Counted from the stretch's first letter, positions 39,672 to 57,471 are shown. The stretch: 64,000 nt of DNA from Eledone cirrhosa (GCA_964016885.1 OZ024740.1:117862001-117926000), one strand, 5' to 3'. Translations and numbers: made by a program. Notes: generated from the letters alone by a model not told the origin.

Positions 39672-42600
39672 ATAAAAACAAATAACGAAACGAAATTAAA
39701 TTTCGTTTCGTTTGTAACTCACTTTTGTATGACTGACGCTTAAACAATTAAGTTAAAAATGTACATCCACATATGTATACTGAAATACTAGTATGCATAT
39801 GAATACACACACGTGTACATATGTAGATGTACCGAGTTTTTCACTGGACACTTTACTGTGAGTGTCCAGCTATTCTGTATGTAAACACACAGACAAACCG
39901 GTTTTTAGAGTTATACTGGTTTTCGAGGAAACACCTTTCCTCTATTCTCCAGAAAGCCAGACAAGGAATATTGGACTAGTTTCGATGTTGTTACATCTCA
40001 TCAGCAATATTTACCTATCTTCCGGCCTTTCTAGAGAATCGTAAAAGCACATATCGTTATATGCTTTTTCTATGAAAATTAGTAGTGGGCAGACTAATTT
40101 GCATAGAGCGTGAGTACGTACCGGTTCAGCGGAGACGATAAAAACAAATAACGAAACGAAATTAAATTTCGTTTCGTTTGTAACTCACTTTTGTATGACT
40201 GACGCTTAAACAATTAAGTTAAAAATGTACATCCACATATGTATACTGAAATACTAGTATGCATATGAATACACAGACGTGTACATATGTAGATGTACCG
40301 AGTTTTTCACTGGACACTTTACTGTGAGTGTCCAGCTATTCTGTATGTAAACACACAGACAAACCGGTTTTTAGAGTCATACTGGTTTTCGAGGAAACAC
40401 CTTTCCTCTATTCTCCAGAAAGCCAGACAAGGAATATTGGACTAGTTTCGATGTTGTTACATCTCATCAGCAATATTTACCTATCTTCCGGCCTTTCTAG
40501 AGAATCGTAAAAGCACATATCGTTATATGCTTTTTCTATGAAAATTAGTAGTGGGCAGACTAATTTGCATAGAGCGTGAGTACGTACCGGTTCAGCGGAG
40601 AGGATAAAAACAAATAACGAAACGAAATTAAATTTCGTTTCGTTTGTAACTCACTTTTGTATGACTGACGCTTAAACAATTAAGTTAAAAATGTACATCC
40701 ACATATGTATACTGAAATACTAGTATGCATATGAATACACACACGTGTACATATGTAGATGTACCGAGTTTTTCACTGGACACTTTACTGTGAGTGTCCA
40801 GTTATTCTGTATGTAAACACACAGACAAACCGGTTTTTAGAGTCATACTGGTTTTCGAGGAAACACCTTTCCTCTATTATCCAGAAAGCCAGACAAGGAA
40901 TATTGGACTAGTTTCGATGTTGTTACATCTCATCAGCAATATTTACCTATCTTCCGGCCTTTCTAGAGAATCGTAAAAGCACATATCGTTATATGCTTTT
41001 TCTATGAAAATTAGTAGTGGGCAGACTAATTTGCATAGAGCGTGAGTACGTACCGGTTCAGCGGAGACGATAAAAACAAATAACGAAACGAAATTAAATT
41101 TCGTTTCGTTTGTAACTCACTTTTGTATGACTGACGCTTAAACAATTAAGTTAAAAATGTACATCCACATATGTATACTGAAATACTAGTATGCATATGA
41201 ATACACACACGTGTACATATGTAGATGTACCGAGTTTTTCACTGGACACTTTACTGTGAGTGTCCAGCTATTCTGTATGTAAACACACAGACAAACCGGT
41301 TTTTAGAGTCATACTGGTTTTCGAGGAAACACCTTTCCTCTATTCTCCAGAAAGCCAGACAAGGAATATTGGACTAGTTTCGATGTTGTTACATCTCATC
41401 AGCAATATTTACCTATCTTCCGGCCTTTCTAGAGAATCGTAAAAGCACATATCGTTATATGCTTTTTCTATGAAAATTAGTAGTGGGCAGACTAATTTGC
41501 ATAGAGCGTGAGTACGTACCGGTTCAGCGGAGACGATAAAAACAAATAACGAAACGAAATTAAATTTCGTTTCGTTTGTAAATCACTTTTGTATGACTGA
41601 CGCTTAAACAATTAAGTTAAAAATGTACATCCACATATGTATACTGAAATACTAGTATGCATATGAATACACACACGTGTACATATGTAGATGTACCGAG
41701 TTTTTCACTGGACACTTTACTGTGAGTGTCCAGCTATTCTGTATGTAAACACACAGACAAACCGGTTTTTAGAGTCATACTGGTTTTCGAGGAAACACCT
41801 CTCCTCTATTCTCCAGAAAGCCAGACAAGGAATATTGGACTAGTTTCGATGTTGTTACATCTCATCAGCAATATTTACCTATCTTCCGGCCTTTCTAGAG
41901 AATCGTAAAAGCACATATCGTTATATGCTTTTTCTATGAAAATTAGTAGTGGGCAGACTAATTTGCATAGAGCGTGAGTACGTACCGGTTCAGCGGAGAC
42001 GATAAAAACAAATAACGAAACGAAATTAAATTTCGTTTCGTTTGTAACTCACTTTTGTATGACTGACGCTTAAACAATTAAGTTAAAAATGTACATCCAC
42101 ATATGTATACTGAAATACTAGTATGCATATGAATACACACACGTGTACATATGTAGATGTACCGAGTTTTTCACTGGACACTTTACTGTGAGTGTCCAGC
42201 TATTCTGTATGTAAACACACAGACAAACCGGTTTTTAGAGTCATACTGGTTTTCGAGGAAACACCTTTCCTCTATTCTCCAGAAAGCCAGACAAGGAATA
42301 TTGGACTAGTTTCGATGTTGTTACATCTCATCAGCAATATTTACCTATCTTCCGGCCTTTCTAGAGAATCGTAAAAGCACATATCGTTATATGCTTTTTC
42401 TATGAAAATTAGTAGTGGGCAGACTAATTTGCATAGAGCGTGAGTACGTACCGGTTCAGCGGAGACGATAAAAACAAATAACGAAACGAAATTAAATTTC
42501 GTTTCGTTTGTAACTCACTTTTGTATGACTGACGCTTAAACAATTAAGTTAAAAATGTACATCCACATATGTATACTGAAATACTAGTATGCATATGAAT

Positions 42601-45600
42601 ACACACACGTGTACATATGTAGATGTACCGAGTTTTTCACTGGACACTTTACTGTGAGTGTCCAGCTATTCTGTATGTAAACACACAGACAAACCGGTTT
42701 TTAGAGTCATACTGGTTTTCGAGGAAACACCTTTCCTCTATTCTCCAGAAAGCCAGACAAGGAATATTGGACTAGTTTCGATGTTGTTACATCTCATCAG
42801 CAATATTTACCTATCTTCCGGCCTTTCTAGAGAATCGTAAAAGCACATATCGTTATATGCTTTTTCTATGAAAATTAGTAGTGGGCAGACTAATTTGCAT
42901 AGAGCGTGAGTACGTACCGGTTCAGCGGAGACGATAAAAACAAATAACGAAACGAAATTAAATTTCGTTTCGTTTGTAACTCACTTTTGTATGACTGACG
43001 CTTAAACAATTAAGTTAAAAATGTACATCCACATATGTATACTGAAATACTAGTATGCATATGAATACACACACGTGTACATATGTAGATGTACCGAGTT
43101 TTTCACTGGACACTTTACTGTGAGTGTCCAGCTATTCTGTATGTAAACACACAGACAAACCGGTTTTTAGAGTCATACTGGTTTTCGAGGAAACACCTTT
43201 CCTCTATTCTCCAGAAAGCCAGACAAGGAATATTGGACTAGTTTCGATGTTGTTACATCTCATCAGCAATATTTACCTATCTTCCGGCCTTTCTAGAGAA
43301 TCGTAAAAGCACATATCGTTATATGCTTTTTCTATGAAAATTAGTAGTGGGCAGACTAATTTGCATAGAGCGTGAGTACGTACCGGTTCAGCGGAGACGA
43401 TAAAAACAAATAACGAAACGAAATTAAATTTCGTTTCGTTTGTAACTCACTTTTGTATGACTGACGCTTAAACAATTAAGTTAAAAATGTACATCCACAT
43501 ATGTATACTGAAATACTAGTATGCATATGAATACACACACGTGTACATATGTAGATGTACCGAGTTTTTCACTGGACACTTTACTGTGAGTGTCCAGCTA
43601 TTCTGTATGTAAACACACAGATAAACCGGTTTTTAGAGTCATACTGGTTTTCGAGGAAACACCTTTCCTCTATTCTCCAGAAAGCCAGACAAGGAATATT
43701 GGACTAGTTTCGATGTTGTTACATCTCATCAGCAATATTTACCTATCTTCCGGCCTTTCTAGAGAATCGTAAAAGCACATATCGTTATATGCTTTTTCTA
43801 TGAAAATTAGTAGTGGGCAGACTAATTTGCATCGAGCGTGAGTACGTACCGGTTCAGCGGAGACGATAAAAACAAATAACGAAACGAAATTAAATTTCGT
43901 TTCGTTTGTAACTCACTTTTGTATGACTGACGCTTAAACAATTAAGTTAAAAATGTACATCCACATATGTATACTGAAATACTAGTATGCATATGAATAC
44001 ACACACGTGTACATATGTAGATGTACCGAGTTTTTCACTGGACACTTTACTGTGAGTGTCCAGCTATTCTGTATGTAAACACACAGACAAACCGGTTTTT
44101 AGAGTCATACTGGTTTTCGAGGAAACACCTTTCCTCTATTCTCCAGAAAGCCAGACAAGGAATATTGGACTAGTTTCGATGTTGTTACATCTCATCAGCA
44201 ATATTTACCTATCTTCCGGCCTTTCTAGAGAATCGTAAAAGCACATATCGTTATATGCTTTTTCTATGAAAATTAGTAGTGGGCAGACTAATTTGCATAG
44301 AGCGTGAGTACGTACCGGTTCAGCGGAGACGATAAAAACAAATAACGAAACGAAATTAAATTTCGTTTCGTTTGTAACTCACTTTTGTATGACTGACGCT
44401 TAAACAATTAAGTTAAAAATGTACATCCACATATGTATACTGAAATACTAGTATGCATATGAATACACACACGTGTACATATGTAGATGTACCGAGTTTT
44501 TCACTGGACACTTTACTGTGAGTGTCCAGCTATTCTGTATGTAAACACACAGACAAACCGGTTTTTAGAGTCATACTGGTTTTCGAGGAAACACCTTTCC
44601 TCTATTCTCCAGAAAGCCAGACAAGGAATATTGGACTAGTTTCGATGTTGTTACATCTCATCAGCAATATTTACCTATCTTCCGGCCTTTCTAGAGAATC
44701 GTAAAAGCACATATCGTTATATGCTTTTTCTATGAAAATTAGTAGTGGGCAGACTAATTTGCATAGAGCGTGAGTACGTACCGGTTCAGCGGAGACGATA
44801 AAAACAAATAACGAAACGAAATTAAATTTCGTTTCGTTTGTAACTCACTTTTGTATGACTGACGCTTAAACAATTAAGTTAAAAATGTACATCCACATAT
44901 GTATACTGAAATACTAGTATGCATATGAATACACACACGTGTACATATGTAGATGTACCGAGTTTTTCACTGGACACTTTACTGTGAGTGTCCAGCTATT
45001 CTGTATGTAAACACACAGACAAACCGGTTTTTAGAGTCATACTGGTTTTCGAGGAAACACCTTTCCTCTATTCTCCAGAAAGCCAGACAAGGAATATTGG
45101 ACTAGTTTCGATGTTGTTACATCTCATCAGCAATATTTACCTATCTTCCGGCCTTTCTAGAGAATCGTAAAAGCACATATCGTTATATGCTTTTTCTATG
45201 AAAATTAGTAGTGGGCAGACTAATTTGCATAGAGCGTGAGTACGTACCGGTTCAGCGGAGACGATAAAAACAAATAACGAAACGAAATTAAATTTCGTTT
45301 CGTTTGTAACTCACTTTTGTATGACTGACGCTTAAACAATTAAGTTAAAAATGTACATCCACATATGTATACTGAAATACTAGTATGCATATGAATACAC
45401 ACACGTGTACATATGTAGATGTACCGAGTTTTTCACTGGACACTTTACTGTGAGTGTCCAGCTATTCTGTATGTAAACACACAGATAAACCGGTTTTTAG
45501 AGTCATACTGGTTTTCGAGGAAACACCTTTCCTCTATTCTCCAGAAAGCCAGACAAGGAATATTGGACTAGTTTCGATGTTGTTACATCTCATCAGCAAT

Positions 45601-48600
45601 ATTTACCTATCTTCCGGCCTTTCTAGAGAATCGTAAAAGCACATATCGTTATATGCTTTTTCTATGAAAATTAGTAGTGGGCAGACTAATTTGCATCGAG
45701 CGTGAGTACGTACCGGTTCAGCGGAGACGATAAAAACAAATAACGAAACGAAATTAAATTTCGTTTCGTTTGTAACTCACTTTTGTATGACTGACGCTTA
45801 AACAATTAAGTTAAAAATGTACATCCACATATGTATACTGAAATACTAGTATGCATATGAATACACACACGTGTACATATGTAGATGTACCGAGTTTTTC
45901 ACTGGACACTTTACTGTGAGTGTCCAGCTATTCTGTATGTAAACACACAGACAAACCGGTTTTTAGAGTCATACTGGTTTTCGAGGAAACACCTTTCCTC
46001 TATTCTCCAGAAAGCCAGACAAGGAATATTGGACTAGTTTCGATGTTGTTACATCTCATCAGCAATATTTACCTATCTTCCGGCCTTTCTAGAGAATCGT
46101 AAAAGCACATATCGTTATATGCTTTTTCTATGAAAATTAGTAGTGGGCAGACTAATTTGCATAGAGCGTGAGTACGTACCGGTTCAGCGGAGACGATAAA
46201 AACAAATAACGAAACGAAATTAAATTTCGTTTCGTTTGTAACTCACTTTTGTATGACTGACGCTTAAACAATTAAGTTAAAAATGTACATCCACATATGT
46301 ATACTGAAATACTAGTATGCATATGAATACACACACGTGTACATATGTAGATGTACCGAGTTTTTCACTGGACACTTTACTGTGAGTGTCCAGCTATTCT
46401 GTATGTAAACACACAGACAAACCGGTTTTTAGAGTCATACTGGTTTTCGAGGAAACACCTTTCCTCTATTCTCCAGAAAGCCAGACAAGGAATATTGGAC
46501 TAGTTTCGATGTTGTTACATCTCATCAGCAATATTTACCTATCTTCCGGCCTTTCTAGAGAATCGTAAAAGCACATATCGTTATATGCTTTTTCTATGAA
46601 AATTAGTAGTGGGCAGACTAATTTGCATAGAGCGTGAGTACGTACCGGTTCAGCGGAGACGATAAAAACAAATAACGAAACGAAATTAAATTTCGTTTCG
46701 TTTGTAACTCACTTTTGTATGACTGACGCTTAAACAATTAAGTTAAAAATGTACATCCACATATGTATACTGAAATACTAGTATGCATATGAATACACAC
46801 ACGTGTACATATGTAGATGTACCGAGTTTTTCACTGGACACTTTACTGTGAGTGTCCAGCTATTCTGTATGTAAACACACAGACAAACCGGTTTTTAGAG
46901 TCATACTGGTTTTCGAGGAAACACCTTTCCTCTACTAGTCCAATATTCCTTGTCTGGCTTTCTAGAGAATAGAGGAAAGGTGTTTCCTCGAAAACCAGTA
47001 TGACTCTAAAAACCGGTTTGTCTGTGTATTTACATACAGAATAGCTGGACACTCTCAGTAAAGTGTCCAGTGAAAAACTCGGTACATCTACATATGTACA
47101 CGTGTGTGTATTCATATGCATACTAGTATTTCAGTATACATATGTGGATGTACATTTTTAACTTAATTGTTTAAGCGTCAGTCATACAAAAGTGAGTTAC
47201 AAACGAAACGAAATTTAATTTCGTTTCGTTATTTGTTTTTATCGTCTCCGCTGAACCGGTACGTACTCACGCTCTATGCAAATTAGTCTGCCCACTACTA
47301 ATTTTCATAGAAAAAGCATATAACGATATGTGCTTTTACGATTCTCTAGAAAGGCCGGAAGATAGGTAAATATTGCTGATGAGATGTAACAACATCGAAA
47401 CTAGTCCAATATTCCTTGTCTGGCTTTCTGGAGAATAGAGGAAAGGTGTTTCCTCGAAAACCAGTATGACTCTAAAAACCGGTTTGTCTGTGTGTTTACA
47501 TACAGAATAGCTGGACACTCACAGTAAAGTGTCCAGTGAAAAACTCGGTACATCTACATATGTACACGTGTGTGTATTCATATGCATACTAGTATTTCAG
47601 TATACATATGTGGATGTACATTTTTAACTTAATTGTTTAAGCGTCAGTCATACAAAAGTGAGTTACAAACGAAACGAAATTTAATTTCGTTTCGTTATTT
47701 GTTTTTATCGTCTCCGCTGAACCGGTACGTACTCACGCTCTATGCAAATTAGTCTGCCCACTACTAATTTTCATAGAAAAAGCATATAACGATATGTGCT
47801 TTTACGATTCTCTAGAAAGGCCGGAAGATAGGTAAATATTGCTGATGAGATGTAACAACATCGAAACTAGTCCAATATTCCTTGTCTGGCTTTCTGGAGA
47901 ATAGAGGAAAGGTGTTTCCTCGAAAACCAGTATGACTCTAAAAACCGGTTTGTCTGTGTGTTTACATACAGAATAGCTGGACACTCACAGTAAAGTGTCC
48001 AGTGAAAAACTCGGTAGATCTACATATGTACACGTGTGTGTATTCATATGCATACTAGTATTTCAGTATACATATGTGGATGTACATTTTTAACTTAATT
48101 GTTTAAGCGTCAGTCATACAAAAGTGAGTTACAAACAAAACGAAATTTAATTTCGTTTCGTTATTTGTTTTTATCGTCTCCGCTGAACCGGTACGTACTC
48201 ACGCTCTATGCAAATTAGTCTGCCCACTACTAATTTTCATAGAAAAAGCATATAACGATATGTGCTTTTACGATTCTCTAGAAAGGCCGGAAGATAGGTA
48301 AATATTGCTGATGAGATGTAACAACATCGAAACTAGTCCAATATTCCTTGTCTGGCTTTCTGGAGAATAGAGGAAAGGTGTTTCCTCGAAAACCAGTATG
48401 ACTCTAAAAACCGGTTTGTCTGTGTGTTTACATACAGAATAGCTGGACACTCACAGTAAAGTGTCCAGTGAAAAACTCGGTACATCTACATATGTACACG
48501 TGTGTGTATTCATATGCATACTAGTATTTCAGTATACATATGTGGATGTACATTTTTAACTTAATTGTTTAAGCGTCAGTCATACAAAAGTGAGTTACAA

Positions 48601-49034
48601 ACGAAACGAAATTTAATTTCGTTTCGTTATTTGTTTTTATCGTCTCCGCTGAACCGGTACGTACTCACGCTCTATGCAAATTAGTCTGCCCATTACTAAT
48701 TTTCATAGAAAAAGCATATAACGATATGTGCTTTTACGATTCTCTAGAAAGGCCGGAAGATAGGTAAATATTGCTGATGAGATGTAACAACATCGAAACT
48801 AGTCCAATATTCCTTGTCTGGCTTTCTGGAGAATAGAGGAAAGGTGTTTCCTCGAAAACCAGTATGACTCTAAAAACCGGTTTGTCTGTGTGTTTACATA
48901 CAGAATAGCTGGACACTCACAGTAAAGTGTCCAGTGAAAAACTCGGTACATCTACATATGTACACGTGTGTGTATTCATATGCATACTAGTATTTCAGTA
49001 TACATATGTGGATGTACATTTTTAACTTAATTGT
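39672..49034. repeat. Retrozyme-like array B: 466-bp unit, ~15.6 copies then ~4.5 inverted copies, inversion at ~46934
   Basis: Period 466 (ORF track 39862, 40328, ...). Copies nearly identical, one HHR per unit; both ends in (TA)n. Confidence 0.97.
47369..47413 (+). ncRNA. Minimal type I hammerhead ribozyme of array B (repeats every 466 bp; minus strand in the left arm, first at ~39967-40011)
   Basis: aatattg-CTGATGA-gatgt aaca acatc-GAAA-ctag-TC-caatatt. Perfect 7-bp stem I, 5-bp stem II, palindromic stem III, GUC site. Confidence 0.92.
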
Positions 49035-49334
49035 ATATATATATATATATATATATCAAAGGCATGTATTGAGTTAGAAATTCAAAATAGTCTCATTACC
49101 ATGAATTAGCTCTAGGAAAGAGGTTTTTCCGAACCGTATAGTATGACTGATCAAAACAGAAAAACGAACACAGACATATACATATATGTGTTCAAATCGT
49201 AAGGGACCAGAATCGCTAAGGTGAAAAGAATACTAACTACAGTCAATAGAGATTGCTAGACTCAATTTAAGAATAAATCAAGAAAAGTAAATACAAACCA
49301 GAATTAATTGTGGTAACTACCGATCGGTAGTTAC

Positions 49335-49431
<97 letters not shown>

Positions 49432-49450
49432 CATATATATATATATATAT

Positions 49451-52961
<3,511 letters not shown>

Positions 52962-53455
52962 TGAATATATGAGAGGGATGAACACCGATACAAGTATACA
53001 TGTGTTCGAATTGTAAATGACCAAGTTAGCTAGGTTGAAAAAATACAAATTTAAAACAATATGGTTTGCCTGTCTCAATTTAAAGTGATAAATCATTAAA
53101 AATAACAAACCTATATCGGGCAACTGCCGTTTGATATCCGGACAGATCTAAATCTGTTCCGCAAGAATTATTAAGTGGAAGCCACCATTCATGTGCTCTT
53201 CTGCGGGTATCCAGGAAATTCGTACCTTTCAATTCAAAAGATCTAAGACGACTGAACTATGTGTTGATATAAAATCACAGAATGAGGGTATAGAGCTTAG
53301 ACATATCTGTAACGATTCACATTCATATATATATATATCCCCATGGCAACATATCACGTTTTCAGATGAGAAATCTCGCAAACCAAATTCAAAAAGGAAT
53401 TATATATATATATCAAGTAAGTATGTTTTGAAACAGTGAGCAGGTTTGAAATTAG

Positions 53456-53629
53456 AAAATAGAATAGCTTTCACCGTATTTTTGACTAAAGGAATTTTAG
53501 TCTGATAATGGGGTTTAGAATCCTCAGATAACCAAAGATGTGGGTTCGACTCCCATCTACGTCAATACTCATCTTTTTCCATTTATCAGACTAAAATTCC
53601 TTTAGTCAAAAATACGGTGAAAGCTATTC

Positions 53630-53635
<6 letters not shown>
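53456..53635. repeat. 53-bp perfect inverted repeat enclosing a tRNA-like fragment
   Basis: 53456-53508 mirrors 53583-53635. The spacer contains gatgtgggttcgactcccatc (T-arm/B box). Confidence 0.8.
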
Positions 53636-53692
<57 letters not shown>

Positions 53693-53697
<5 letters not shown>

Positions 53698-54208
53698 ACA
53701 GGGAGAAAGAGACGATTATTAGGAAGAAAAATATATTTTTTTCCTTTTTTGTTTCTCTCTCTCTTTTTTCTGGGTTAGAAAATGATTAAAACTAAATGTT
53801 TTACTTTGTTTGAAGTGTTAAGGTATTAGTTCATTTATTTATTATTTAACAATGGCATTTATATTTATTTATCTATTTATATATTTAATAATTATCTATT
53901 ACCGGTTTCAGCATTTTTATGCATTATCAAATGATAGTGAAATGTATTAGTGTGGTGTCGCACGTGTTAAACAGAAGGTGCAGAAAGAATAATGTTATTT
54001 ACAAACAAGGTTTGTGAAGTGAAAAGAAAAAAGAAAAAGGAAAAAAAAAAACGTGCATAATGTAGAGCATAAAAAGTCAATGTGGAAGAAAAAATAATGT
54101 AAGCAGATCAAAATGTGTTAATATAGCAAGAGTGCTTAGTTGATCCATGATTCCATGATGGAGGCAAATGATGGACTGAGGTCTTAATAATCGTCTCTTT
54201 CTCCCTGT

Positions 54209-54213
<5 letters not shown>
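53693..54213 (-). mobile_element. ~520-bp insert with ~28-bp inverted ends, between (TA)n, carrying a variant HHR
   Basis: tgaaaacagggagaaagagacgattatta / taataatcgtctctttctccctgttttca. Confidence 0.75.
53894..53937 (-). ncRNA. Minimal hammerhead, U3-A8 core variant
   Basis: Reverse complement: tatcat-TTGATAA-tgcat aaaa atgct-GAAA-ccgg-TA-atagata. Confidence 0.6.
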
Positions 54214-54284
<71 letters not shown>

Positions 54285-54624
54285 GCATGTGTGCATGAAT
54301 TTGTTACCACTATGAGACTAGTCTGCAGGCGAATACGTTATTGAGAACGCATATGGGCAACCGAGTATTGAGTGTAATATATATTTTTCTACAGCCTCAT
54401 TAATAAGGACAATTTTTTTTCTTCTCCCAATTCATAAAACACCCGGAAAGATGAGTAATTGGTATTTTCATCTTTCTGTTACTTCAGTATTTCTTTGCAA
54501 TTCTGTGATTTTTTTACGCTTTCAACTGGTTGATATCTGAACCAGCTACATATATATCCGGGGTGTTCCAAAGTCACTATGTATATATAAATATATTATA
54601 TATATATATATAATATATAGAGTT

Positions 54625-54790
54625 TCTACTTTTGGCACAAGACCACCGATTAACGCAGTGCACCATTGGTACTTTATTTTATCGACCTCGTAAGGATGAA
54701 AGGCAAAGTTAACCTCGGCGGATTTGAACTCAGAACGCAAAGGGCCATAACTATGCTGCAAAACATGGTGTCTGACGCTATACCGATACT
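54625..54790 (-). mobile_element. Meta-like SINE lying inside an inverted-repeat insert (54285-54910)
   Basis: ggtactttattttatcgacctcgtaaggatgaaaggcaaagttaacctcggcggatttgaactcag; flanking arms 54308-54375 and 54800-54889 are inverted. Confidence 0.72.
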
Positions 54791-54929
54791 GCCAAACCAC
54801 ACACTCAATACTCGGTTGCCCATATTGCAGACTCAAGAAGATAAGGTTTGAACGTATTCGCCTGCAGACTAGTCTCTAGTCTCATAGTGCTAAGAAATTC
54901 ATACACGCATGTATGTATGTATATATATA

Positions 54930-55618
54930 ATTCATTTTCGAATTTATTTTGCGAGATTTCGTATATGAAAAGGAGTGTTGAAACCGATATTGTTATACTT
55001 TACGAGGGTCTTGTTGCCAATAAAAACACACGCACCTGTTGGTTTTCACTTCAATTTATTATAAATTTCCGGATGGTTGGTTCGATAACCGGAAGGTTGT
55101 TTATATATTGTTTATATATTCTGTCCTACACCATCTTGTTTTTGTGTGTTGTGTGTTGTGTGCTGTGTGCTTAGTTTGCGCATGCATTACATCCGGGTGT
55201 GTGTATGTGTGTTTATTTATTTATTTATGCGTTTATTAATTTGTCACTAGTTGTTTGTTTGTTCTATTGTGCGTCTGTATGTCTTCATTTTGTCCTTAAT
55301 TACTCTATATTCCATGCAAAAATAGAACATAGGGACACATTAGAGAACATAGAGATAAAAATCATATCCACACACAGAAAATATACAATGCTCAGGAAAA
55401 TCACAGAGGCAACAAATATAAACGAACTCCAACCAAAATTAAACAGAAAACATGAGTGGAATAGCAACATTATAACTAGTAATTAAGAACAAAATGAAGA
55501 CATACAAAACAGAACTAACAAACACACACACACAAAACAGAACTAACAAAACTAATCAGACACATACAGTTGGAACAAACAACTAAGTAATGACAAATAA
55601 ACATATAAATACATGAAT

Positions 55619-55652
<34 letters not shown>

Positions 55653-55913
55653 GGATGTAACGCATGCGCAAACTCAGCACACAAAACACAACACACAAAA
55701 ACAAGATGGTGTAGGACAGAACAAAGGAGATACACACAAAATAAAAACCTAGCCACTGAGGAGATCACAGAATGTGTGACGAAAAAGCTTTAACAATATA
55801 TAAACAACCTTCCGGTTATCGAACCAACCAAACGGAAATTTATAATAAATTGAAGTGAAAACCAACATGTGCGTGTGTTTTTATCGGCAACATGACCCTT
55901 CCAAAGTATAACA

Positions 55914-55915
<2 letters not shown>
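54930..55915 (+). mobile_element. Second PLE family: GIY-YIG C-terminus plus 3' region, preceded by an inverted copy of the 3' region
   Basis: HAKIEH..ENIEIKIISTH...EATNINELQPKLNRKHEW at ~55312-55486. ~54990-55302 is an inverted copy of ~55478-55915. HHR-like CTGAGGA-gatcaca..tgtgac-GAAA-aagctt-TA at 55756-55792. Confidence 0.82.
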
Positions 55916-55994
<79 letters not shown>

Positions 55995-56704
55995 GGTTTA
56001 TCCGAGTGAGCACTCGATGCGTAGTTTCCAGTCTGTAGAGAGGTGTAGACCTAAGCAGAGTGCAAATATAATAGTAAAAGGATGATTTGTTATTCCTTCC
56101 TTTATTGATCTGTATCGATCGGACCCGGCTCTGGAATCAAAAGCTCGTCGGGTCTCTGCTGTGGTAATGACAGAATGAAGATATAGAGCTTAGAAATATC
56201 TGTAACGATTCACATTCATTTATGGTGGTCAGTTACTGTTGTTTTGATTGGTGGATTTGCTAAAATGAATGTTTTGGTATGTGGGATAGGTGGGGGGGGG
56301 GGGGATCATAATGATGATCTTGGCTGTTTCATAGACATTATGGTGTGTATGTGGTGAGGCGAAGGTGCTAGGTGAGTATTGGGAGGTGGCTATGGGCGAT
56401 GCGTGACTGGTCAGCGGTTTGTCGAAGAGGTATAAAAGAAAAGGAAAGATAAAGAAAAAGGAAAAAAAGATAAGTAGGTTAACCTAGGTTAGGGTGGGGC
56501 TTTGGTGTAAACTATCTATATCCTTAAAGGCTATTTGTGCTATAGAGAGTTAAGGATTGTGGTTAGTGTTTGAAAAGACTATAAATAAATAGTTAGATGA
56601 AAAGGTTGTTAAACTAAGGGGGTTAAGCCATACATCGGTGCTGTGCATGGTGTGTGAAAGGAATATAAATATGCACAGAGAGGCACACACGCATGCACAC
56701 ATAT

Positions 56705-56900
<196 letters not shown>

Positions 56901-56906
56901 ATATAC

Positions 56907-57432
56907 ATATTGTTATACTTGGGGAGGGTCATATTTGTGTAATATTGCCAGAATTAATAACAGAACACACTCACTGTTTGGTTGGTTTCGCTTCTCGCTG
57001 TCTTTTATATCTGCGATCTAACTTAATCGGTCCTCAATGTTGCCATTGACTGACCGACGGTCAAAAATAATACAGATACAATATAGACACAAACACATAT
57101 ATATAGTTTACATAATTTACATAAATCTTTCGTTGCACATCTGCAACATCGTCAGTGGTGTTATATTTTTTCCTCCTGTTGTGTTGTATGTCTACGCCAT
57201 TTTTTATTCAGTCTGTCTATATATTTATTTATTTATTTGCTTGTTTGTTTATTTTATTTTGTCTTCTTTGCGCATGCGTTTGCGTGTGTGTATAGTGTTA
57301 CGTTTGCTGTGTGACTAGTGTGTATAGTGTTGTGGCAATATTACACAAATATGACCCTCCCCAAGTATAACAATATTTGTTTCGACACACGATTTCATAT
57401 AAAAAACCTCGCTAAACTAATTCATCGCCGCT
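56907..57432. mobile_element. Non-coding 3' region of the 34.6-kb PLE family as an inverted insert
   Basis: 56907-57318 is the reverse complement of ~37024-37438; 57334-57432 matches 37395-37493. (TA)n on both sides. Confidence 0.88.
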
Positions 57433-57440
57433 ATATATAC

Positions 57441-57471
<31 letters not shown>

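Noticed and set aside
39862-48916. Repeated 60-aa ORF (MSSYSVCKHTDK...) in every 466-bp unit
   Set aside because: GTG start, antisense to the ribozyme, no recognisable motif; its identity across copies simply reflects the repeat.
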